NCBI GenBank assembly: GCA_016185545.1
Contig: JACPNJ010000005.1
Coordinates: forward strand, 167,754 to 231,753
DNA: 64,000 bases
Reading direction: 5' to 3'
DNA from: Candidatus Yanofskybacteria bacterium
GTDB lineage: Bacteria; Patescibacteriota; Minisyncoccia; 2-02-FULL-40-12; IGHO2-01-FULL-4-A
Position 1 is the first letter of the stretch; each line of letters opens with the position of its first letter. Shown piece by piece: positions 57,189-64,000 of the stretch. The notes beneath the pieces were generated by a model that worked only from the letters and a program-made list of their open reading frames with translations, searched no databases and was not told the DNA's origin. Made by a program: the position numbers and the translations under genes.

Positions 57189-58451
57189 TTAATCATGAAT
57201 GGCCTTCGTTGTCCAAGCCAACTTGGGCCTGATTATCCCATTATAAGACGAGGTATAAAATGGCGTAACCGATGGCACTGGACCTTCATATACTTTAAAC
57301 GTCAGCAGATTGTCTTCTTTAATATGCCTAATCTTAGCCACGGTTTTGGTCCAAACAAAAAATCCAACGCGATAAATGCCGGCAATCAATAAGTTTTTGG
57401 GGACAACGATCTTTTTTTCATATTCGCCTTTTAAGTACTTCCGATTTAATTCGTCCGTGGTTGAAAACAACACTTCTCCGGATTCGTTGTACAAGTACAA
57501 GAACGGCGTCAACGGTGTAGTTTCATCCGTTACTGAAATTTTAACTTTTATTATTATATCGTCTTGTAATTCAAAACTGTCTTTTTGTTCTCCCTCTACC
57601 CCCTCCAAACCGATAGAAAGCAAACGAACAGATTCGTCACCTGGTGCAGTTAGAGGGTTATCCCAATTCCTGCTACCAACAGTCCTGTGGTCCGACCTCA
57701 AATATCGGTCTATCGCCGTATGGGCATCGGCGTCAATCACAATCTTGCCTTCCTTAAGCACGATAACCCTTTTACAAAGCCGTGAAATTGATTCCATGTT
57801 GTGGCTTACGAATAAAATAGTCCTATCTTCCTGCTGTGTTACTTCCTCCATCTTGCTTAAAGATTTTTTTTGAAATTCAGCATCGCCAACCGCCAGAACT
57901 TCGTCAACAACCAAAATATCAGGGTCCATGTGAGCCGCCACGGAAAAAGCCAGCCTTACGCTCATGCCGGATGAGTAACGTTTAACCGGTATGTCAATGA
58001 ATTTTTCCACACCGGCAAAAGAAACAATTTCATCAAATTTTTCTTCTATTTCCTTTTTTTTCATACCCAAAATTGAACCGCTAAAAAAGACATTTTCCCT
58101 GCCCGTTAACTCCGGATGAAAACCGGTTCCCACTTCAAGCAGAGAAGCCAGTTTGCCTCCGATTCTTATTTCGCCTTTGGTTGGTGGTGTGATCCGGCTT
58201 AAAATTTTAAGAAGGGTTGACTTACCGGCGCCGTTGGGACCGATTATTCCCACTATTTCACCCTTATTAATTGAAATATTTATGTCTTTCAGAGCCCAGA
58301 ATTCTCCTTTCTTAAAGTCTTCTTCGCCGCCAAAAATCCTGAAAGGATTTTGGAAAAAAGATGCAATTACATCGCGCAACGCAAGATACCTGCGCTGACG
58401 ATGCGCGATGTTATATTTTTTAGAAACATTGTTGATTTCAATAATCGGCAT
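57189..58451 (-). CDS. ABC transporter ATP-binding protein, Wzt/TagH-type, with a C-terminal substrate-binding extension
   Basis: Walker A GPNGAGKST, LSGGQ-like, Walker B ILVVDE; an extra ~170-aa C-terminal domain. Confidence 0.8.
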   Translation of the reverse strand: MPIIEINNVSKKYNIAHRQRRYLALRDVIASFFQNPFRIFGGEEDFKKGEFWALKDINISINKGEIVGIIGPNGAGKSTLLKILSRITPPTKGEIRIGGKLASLLEVGTGFHPELTGRENVFFSGSILGMKKKEIEEKFDEIVSFAGVEKFIDIPVKRYSSGMSVRLAFSVAAHMDPDILVVDEVLAVGDAEFQKKSLSKMEEVTQQEDRTILFVSHNMESISRLCKRVIVLKEGKIVIDADAHTAIDRYLRSDHRTVGSRNWDNPLTAPGDESVRLLSIGLEGVEGEQKDSFELQDDIIIKVKISVTDETTPLTPFLYLYNESGEVLFSTTDELNRKYLKGEYEKKIVVPKNLLIAGIYRVGFFVWTKTVAKIRHIKEDNLLTFKVYEGPVPSVTPFYTSSYNGIIRPKLAWTTKAIHD

Positions 58452-58475
58452 GAATTAAAAGATGGAAGCTCGGGA

Positions 58476-59291
58476 TTAGACAATGTCGGCAAAATATTTT
58501 TCGGTGTTTCTGAAAACCACAATTCCAACCATGAAAATAGCCATGCCAACCGCTCCCGATATGGCGAGTAGTGTCCAATTGACGGGCGAGCCGCCCAAAA
58601 TGGCCGACCGGGCCGCTTTTATCACTCCGGTCATGGGATTAGCCGCAAGTATCCAGGAATATTTGTGCAAAATACTGGAAGGATAAATAACCGGAGTTAC
58701 AAAAAGCAATGTTTGAATAAAAAATGGAAGGGCATACCGCACATCTCTATATTTGACGTTAATCGCCGCAAGTATCATGCCTCCGCCGACTGAAATTAAG
58801 AAAGTGATTAACAACAGCAGGGGCAAAATTAAAAGGCCGGCTAAATTTGGCAGATATCCGTAATATATCATCAGGATTACGAGCATCCCCGAAGCAATAA
58901 AAAAATCCACAAACTGGGTAACCGTAGATGATATGGGCATGAGCAAGCGTGGAAAATAAACTTTGGTGATGATACCCTGATTGCCGACTAAACTGTTGCT
59001 TGCGCCGGATAAAGACGCGGAAAAAAACTGCCACAAAAGAAGTCCGACGAAAACAAATATGGGATAAGGAATGCCGTCCGATGGCATTTTGGCAAAATTA
59101 CCAAAAAAAATGCTAAAAATAACCATTGTGATAAAAGGCTGGAAAAGCGCCCACAAAATACCGATGGCCGTTTGTTTGTAACGAATCTTGATATCACGCC
59201 ATGTAAAAAAATAGAGAAGCTCGCGATAATCCCAAATCTCAGCGATCTCGCGCCAAGAAAATTTCTTTTTTGGTTTTATGATTATTTCCAT
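58476..59291 (-). CDS. ABC-2 type polysaccharide export permease (Wzm/TagG-like)
   Basis: 6 transmembrane segments; ABC-2 family; adjacent to the Wzt gene. Confidence 0.75.
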   Translation of the reverse strand: MEIIIKPKKKFSWREIAEIWDYRELLYFFTWRDIKIRYKQTAIGILWALFQPFITMVIFSIFFGNFAKMPSDGIPYPIFVFVGLLLWQFFSASLSGASNSLVGNQGIITKVYFPRLLMPISSTVTQFVDFFIASGMLVILMIYYGYLPNLAGLLILPLLLLITFLISVGGGMILAAINVKYRDVRYALPFFIQTLLFVTPVIYPSSILHKYSWILAANPMTGVIKAARSAILGGSPVNWTLLAISGAVGMAIFMVGIVVFRNTEKYFADIV

Positions 59292-59296
59292 AGCCT

Positions 59297-59330
59297 AATT
59301 CAAAATGCAAACCTCAAATCTCAAAATTAC
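59297..59330. repeat. single arm of the 'caaatctcaaaat' repeat family
   Basis: caaaatgcaaacctcaaatctcaaaattacag. Confidence 0.5.
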
Positions 59331-60997
59331 AGACTTGCAGTTTTTCTGCAATCATAGATCCGAGCCGGAATTTTACCAGAATATTCCTCATAAACCTTTC
59401 TACATGACGAAAAATATTTTACATAAGGGCTGTCGGAATGCAAGCGAGGAATTTCAATTATTAAATAATGGCCTTTGAAATTTTTAAGAATATCGGTATA
59501 ACTTGACTCAAATTTCGGCGCGGCATAAAGTCGTCTTTGATATTTGTCTATTTTTAACAATTCGCGGTAGCCGATGTTGTTATAAGTGATTACTTTTTCT
59601 ATATCCGGATCGTTTTTTATAAAGTCAACGGCATTTTTTAATACTACAGTGGGGCTACCGTTGATCTTGCCAAATAGGTACTCTTCAACAAAAATACCGT
59701 TATAGAAAAATCCAAGAATTAGAATTATCGCTAAAAATGACTTTTGCCATTTTGTCTTTATAAACGACAAAATTACCAGAATTAACGCTATTAGCCAAGC
59801 CAATGCCATAAACAACCAGGAAACATAAAAACCCATCGGCCCCGAACCGCCGATGAACGGAAACAGGAAATTCCATTTTAAACTCAAAATTCGGTTAAAC
59901 CATTCTGTTTTGGGATATAGTGCTGGTACAAAATGAGGCAAAAACTGCAGGAAAAACAAAGCCAATCCGATAGCACAACCAAACACTATGACCCTCCACT
60001 TGTTATAGACGCTCTGCCCTTCAAAAATGTTGCTCACAACAACACCTGAAATAACAGACAAAGGCACAATCATGAATTGAAAATAACGATCCAGCGCGCC
60101 AGATGAAAAATCAAAAAGTACCAAATAAAAAATCAGGCCGAGGATAAGAAAAATTATAAAAAGACGCAATTTTCTCGCCAAATCTTTTGTTAAAAATAAA
60201 AGAGGCAATAAGAGAAGCGGCGAACTGTAAAGCAGGGCTTTGAAAAACTGAATTGAAATCTGGAGATAATTTCTGTCAGAAAAAACGACAAAATGCTTCC
60301 AATAAGAAAGTGGCCTTGAAATGTCGGCATTAGGCAAAATATGCATAATACCCAAAATCAATAAAAATAATGAGGCAAGTATGCCAATACCAATTGAGGC
60401 AAACTTAAACAATTTCCGACGGGATAACAGGTGTTTTTGCGAATACAAAAAATCCAAGGCAATGGCGCCAAGCGCTATAACAAAGCTAACTTTTGTTAAG
60501 GAACCGAGAAAAATAAAAACCGCCAAAACGCTCCCCAAAATCAGTTTTTTCTTTAAATTTATGCTTTCTCTCCATTTATAATAAAAAAGGGCTGAAAGTA
60601 AAAAAAAGAAGGGCAAAACCTGCCCATCGGTATCAATCATCAAAGAAGCCAAAACGCTAAAAAAACCGGCGCTAAAAAATAAAACGCTCCAAAGAGCGGC
60701 TTTTGTGGAAAACCTGCGTTTTACCAGAACAAAAAGAAGCCAAAAATTAGCAATGCCGAACAAAAACGGCAAATGGCGCAAATTATCTTCACCAAACGCC
60801 TTTACCGCCACAAAAAAAATTAAGGGGGTAAGCGGCGGATGAACAAACCCGCCTAAACCCCCTAATCCCGCACTGCCAAAGCCAGGCCAAACCCGTTCAT
60901 CCTGATGATATGGTAAGTCCAAACCTGGAATTCTTAAAATCAAAAACAAAATAAAAATTATAACCAGTATTGCACGCGTATTCATCTTTTGAAGCAT
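59327..60997 (-). CDS. GT-C fold membrane glycosyltransferase (ArnT/PMT, GT39/GT83-like)
   Basis: ~12 transmembrane segments; DE motif in the first loop (HQDERVWPG). Confidence 0.6.
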   Translation of the reverse strand: MLQKMNTRAILVIIFILFLILRIPGLDLPYHQDERVWPGFGSAGLGGLGGFVHPPLTPLIFFVAVKAFGEDNLRHLPFLFGIANFWLLFVLVKRRFSTKAALWSVLFFSAGFFSVLASLMIDTDGQVLPFFFLLSALFYYKWRESINLKKKLILGSVLAVFIFLGSLTKVSFVIALGAIALDFLYSQKHLLSRRKLFKFASIGIGILASLFLLILGIMHILPNADISRPLSYWKHFVVFSDRNYLQISIQFFKALLYSSPLLLLPLLFLTKDLARKLRLFIIFLILGLIFYLVLFDFSSGALDRYFQFMIVPLSVISGVVVSNIFEGQSVYNKWRVIVFGCAIGLALFFLQFLPHFVPALYPKTEWFNRILSLKWNFLFPFIGGSGPMGFYVSWLFMALAWLIALILVILSFIKTKWQKSFLAIILILGFFYNGIFVEEYLFGKINGSPTVVLKNAVDFIKNDPDIEKVITYNNIGYRELLKIDKYQRRLYAAPKFESSYTDILKNFKGHYLIIEIPRLHSDSPYVKYFSSCRKVYEEYSGKIPARIYDCRKTASL

Positions 60998-61050
60998 ACT
61001 TGAAGTATAAAATACTGGCGATTTTAGTCAATCTATGTTTTAATTGGCTA

Positions 61051-61791
61051 ATGTGGCAAAACAAAACCATCTCGGTTATAATCTCAACTTACAGGGAAAA
61101 AAATTCCGTTAGAAAGGTCGCGGATGATTTTTTTAATACAGGATGTGTTGATGAGGTAATAGTGGTTAATAATAATGCGGAACCAGGAACAGATGATGAA
61201 ATCCGCAAAACCAGGTCACGACTTATACATGAACCCAAACAGGGTTACGGCTACGGTTACCGGCGGGGTATCAAGGAAGCCACTAGCGATTATGTCGTTT
61301 TGTGTGAAGCCGATAATACCTACGCCGCGGAAGACCTGGAACGGTTTTTAGTCTTTGCCAAGGATTTTCCGATTGTAGTCGGATCACGTACCAATCGCAG
61401 TACGATTTTTGATACCAAAACCATGAATCTCTTAAGAAGACTGAGCAATGTAATCTATGCCAAAGTTATAGAGATTATCTACTCCACCACGACCTTAACT
61501 GACGTCGGCTGCACCTATAAACTTTTTCATAAAGAGGCTTTGCGGAAACTTGAACCGCAATTCCAAACCACCAATTCGCTTTTCGCGACCGAACTTGTTC
61601 TTCTTGCGGCCGTAAATCGCATTCCATTCGTGGAAATACCGGTTACATTCCGTGAGCGGATTGGGATTTCAGGAACAATTCCCCATTTTGGCAAACTCAT
61701 TGAATGGGCAATCCGTATTTGGATTTTCATCTGGACCTACTGGTGGAAATGGCAGTGGAAAAAACTTTTCCTACGCAACTCAAATTTCTAA
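61051..61791 (+). CDS. family 2 glycosyltransferase
   Basis: ISVIISTYREKN...; start set at Met 61051 to avoid overlap with the convergent upstream gene (the ORF is open from 60970). Confidence 0.65.
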   Translation: MWQNKTISVIISTYREKNSVRKVADDFFNTGCVDEVIVVNNNAEPGTDDEIRKTRSRLIHEPKQGYGYGYRRGIKEATSDYVVLCEADNTYAAEDLERFLVFAKDFPIVVGSRTNRSTIFDTKTMNLLRRLSNVIYAKVIEIIYSTTTLTDVGCTYKLFHKEALRKLEPQFQTTNSLFATELVLLAAVNRIPFVEIPVTFRERIGISGTIPHFGKLIEWAIRIWIFIWTYWWKWQWKKLFLRNSNF

Positions 61792-62913
61792 AATGTTGCG
61801 GTGAGAATTTATCACCTTATCCCAGGTTTGGTTTAACGCCATTTCATCTACAACCGTTTTGGCTCTCTTATAAAATTCTGCGTTAAAAAACTGGCTCATT
61901 TTTAATTGAAACTCCTGTTCGTTTTGCGGGTCAAACAAAAATTCGTCTGGTAATTTGACCGACAAACCGTTCTCGCGGCTTAAAAGCACCGGCTTTCCCA
62001 AAGACAAACATTCTAAAATAAAATTGGGATTAAACTCGGTAAGAGCCGGCCCAATACCCACCCACGAAGAACAGATATATTCAAACAATTTATCCTGATT
62101 TATTTTGGGAATAATTTCTATATGACCCGCGGAGGGCAAGCTAGTTATAATCTTTTCCAGTTTTTCTTTGTCCGGACCCGCGCCTATTAAAATCAATCTG
62201 CCCTTATTCAATTTGACTCTCACTCGGTCAAAAACCATGATTACCAACTCCAGATTTTTATATGCCACAAAGCGTCCGGCAAATAAAACAGTCGGCTCAT
62301 TGCCTAACTCAACATTTAGTGGCTGTCGCCTAAAAACCGGATTCGGTATAATTGTAATTTTGCCGGCTGGAATTTTATAAAATTTCTGATAGATATCCGA
62401 TAGAAATGGGGTATAAAAAACAATTTTATCAAATTTCGGCAGGACGAATTTAATGATCCTAAAAAGCCACGGACGGTCAGCTAGATAAAGTCCTTGTTTA
62501 TAATAATCCGCGAAAGAAACCAAGCGCTGGCCTCTCTCAACAATTCTTTCCCAAATCGGATCGCCGGGAACGCGTATCAGTATCTTTTTGACTAGCATTT
62601 TACCAACAATAAAAACTGGGAGGCCAGCCGTAGCCAAATTGAAGGCGTAGAGCGTTCTCGCGCTAATGGCTTCTTTGAAAATAGTCAGAAGATATTTCGT
62701 GCGCCTCAAAAATGGATTTAACTTATTTGAAATTCTTATTACCCTAAATGGAAACTGCTCTTGTCCGTCGTAATCGCCATAGGAAACAACGACGACCCGC
62801 CAGCCGTCTTGATGTAAAGCTTCAGCGATTTTGCGGACATGTATTGCCGGTCCACCAACGTCAGGAAAAAAAATTCCGGTCGCCAATACAATTTTACTTG
62901 ATTTTTCAGGCAT
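61780..62913 (-). CDS. family 1 (GT4-like) glycosyltransferase
   Basis: GT-B C-terminal domain with the EFNPNFILECLSLGKPVL motif. Confidence 0.65.
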   Translation of the reverse strand: MPEKSSKIVLATGIFFPDVGGPAIHVRKIAEALHQDGWRVVVVSYGDYDGQEQFPFRVIRISNKLNPFLRRTKYLLTIFKEAISARTLYAFNLATAGLPVFIVGKMLVKKILIRVPGDPIWERIVERGQRLVSFADYYKQGLYLADRPWLFRIIKFVLPKFDKIVFYTPFLSDIYQKFYKIPAGKITIIPNPVFRRQPLNVELGNEPTVLFAGRFVAYKNLELVIMVFDRVRVKLNKGRLILIGAGPDKEKLEKIITSLPSAGHIEIIPKINQDKLFEYICSSWVGIGPALTEFNPNFILECLSLGKPVLLSRENGLSVKLPDEFLFDPQNEQEFQLKMSQFFNAEFYKRAKTVVDEMALNQTWDKVINSHRNILEI

Positions 62914-62914
62914 T

Positions 62915-64000
62915 TTATTGCATTTTAAATACTAAGTTCACAGTGGCCAACACTTCATCGGCCGCTTCGACGCAATTACCGATTTTGCCGGAGAATATAG
63001 AAACAGTTTTATCGTCAATCTTGGAAACCACAGTCGGTCTCTCATCGGTTTTTTCTTTATGAGGCAGGACCGTCCGAAAAGTGAACATTGAACCGACATG
63101 TGTTGCTTTAACCAAGCCTGGGATAAATTCCGAACCGGATTCAATGAATTTTTTAAAATTAGTAACCGATGGGTTGCTTACTATTCCCCTATTCAGTAGG
63201 GGTTTGAATTTTTTATCAAATTCCGGTTTTTTACCAATGTTAGTTTGATGAATCGCATGCACCACATTTCCCAACAAAAACATGCCAGTCTTACCAAGAG
63301 GGTCAACGCACATGAACGGTCCGTCCATTACGACAAGACATTTGCGATTGAACTCGCGAGGCAGACGAACAACCGGTTTTTCGCAAAGTTCAAACTGATA
63401 ATTTTTGCGTTGTGTTTGCGGAAGCAGTTCATTAATCGACGCGTAAGTCGCAATAACCGCAAAATTGTATTTTTTTAATTTATTCTGATTTGCAATCTCG
63501 CCCAATCTCACATTAACTTTTGCTTTCTTCAATTTCTGCCAGCAAATTTTTCGTAGAGCTGTCGGATCAATTCTTTTTTCTTCACCCCTAGCGGATAATT
63601 CAAGTTTGTCGTGATTAACAAGGTTCGGCTTGGCCATAACATATTCTAAACCTATTTTTCGGCAGACATTTTTGTATTCGTTCGCCGAAACCAAACTGCC
63701 TTGCTTGGCAATACAATAATAATGTTCTTCGTTGTCGATTGTTGCTCCGCCATATTCTTTCAAAAAACTCCTTTCAGCTCTCAGGCAATCACGCATTGTT
63801 TCCGCACTGCGCGGATAATGGTAACCGCGATGCAGACGAAACTGGTTAATTCCCGATGCTGCCTGTAAAATGTCTTTTTCTTTTTCAAAAAGGTCAACAT
63901 TAAAACCCGCTCTCGCCATATGCACTGCTGCCGTTACGCCAAAAATACCGCCTCCCACAACGGCAATTTTAGCTTTTTTTTTTGTGGCTTGACTCTTTTC
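62915..64000 (-). CDS. FAD-dependent oxidoreductase (5' end beyond the window)
   Basis: KIAVVGGGIFGVTAA dinucleotide-binding motif is encoded at 63950-64000 with no start codon in the window. Confidence 0.55.
   Translation of the reverse strand, partial: EKSQATKKKAKIAVVGGGIFGVTAAVHMARAGFNVDLFEKEKDILQAASGINQFRLHRGYHYPRSAETMRDCLRAERSFLKEYGGATIDNEEHYYCIAKQGSLVSANEYKNVCRKIGLEYVMAKPNLVNHDKLELSARGEEKRIDPTALRKICWQKLKKAKVNVRLGEIANQNKLKKYNFAVIATYASINELLPQTQRKNYQFELCEKPVVRLPREFNRKCLVVMDGPFMCVDPLGKTGMFLLGNVVHAIHQTNIGKKPEFDKKFKPLLNRGIVSNPSVTNFKKFIESGSEFIPGLVKATHVGSMFTFRTVLPHKEKTDERPTVVSKIDDKTVSIFSGKIGNCVEAADEVLATVNLVFKMQ

Overview
This is a 64 kb, low-GC (~40%) bacterial window with no rRNA, tRNA or CRISPR array, and TGA is used as a normal stop codon. 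Almost the whole window is one very large cell-surface glycan biosynthesis and export island. It carries a NeuC/NeuB/NeuA-type nonulosonic-acid (sialic/legionaminic-like) module, and in total three NeuB-family synthases and three acylneuraminate-cytidylyltransferase-family genes. The same module includes DegT-type aminotransferases, an LbH acetyltransferase and a PseB/CapD-like 4,6-dehydratase. A second module is of the GDP-heptose / GDP-fucose-synthase type (GmhA, GmhB, sugar-1-P nucleotidyltransferase, GT9 heptosyltransferase, Fcl, a Nudix hydrolase). Around these are many GT2/GT1/GT-C transferases, SAM methyltransferases including a sugar C-methyltransferase, an amidinotransferase, three radical-SAM enzymes, thiamine-diphosphate (TPP) enzymes and a Wzm/Wzt ABC exporter. 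Superimposed on the island is an unusual set of small selfish or structured elements. An IS481 copy is inserted into a duplicated promoter/terminator cassette. Two families of ~105-125 bp inverted-repeat elements sit exactly at stop/start gene junctions. A GIY-YIG nuclease ORF runs exactly from one inverted repeat to the other. A 129-nt GC-rich triple hairpin is inserted in-frame inside the dehydratase gene. A 'caaatctcaaaat' inverted-repeat family flanks a 23S-IVS-type four-helix-bundle gene and also occurs as empty hairpins.
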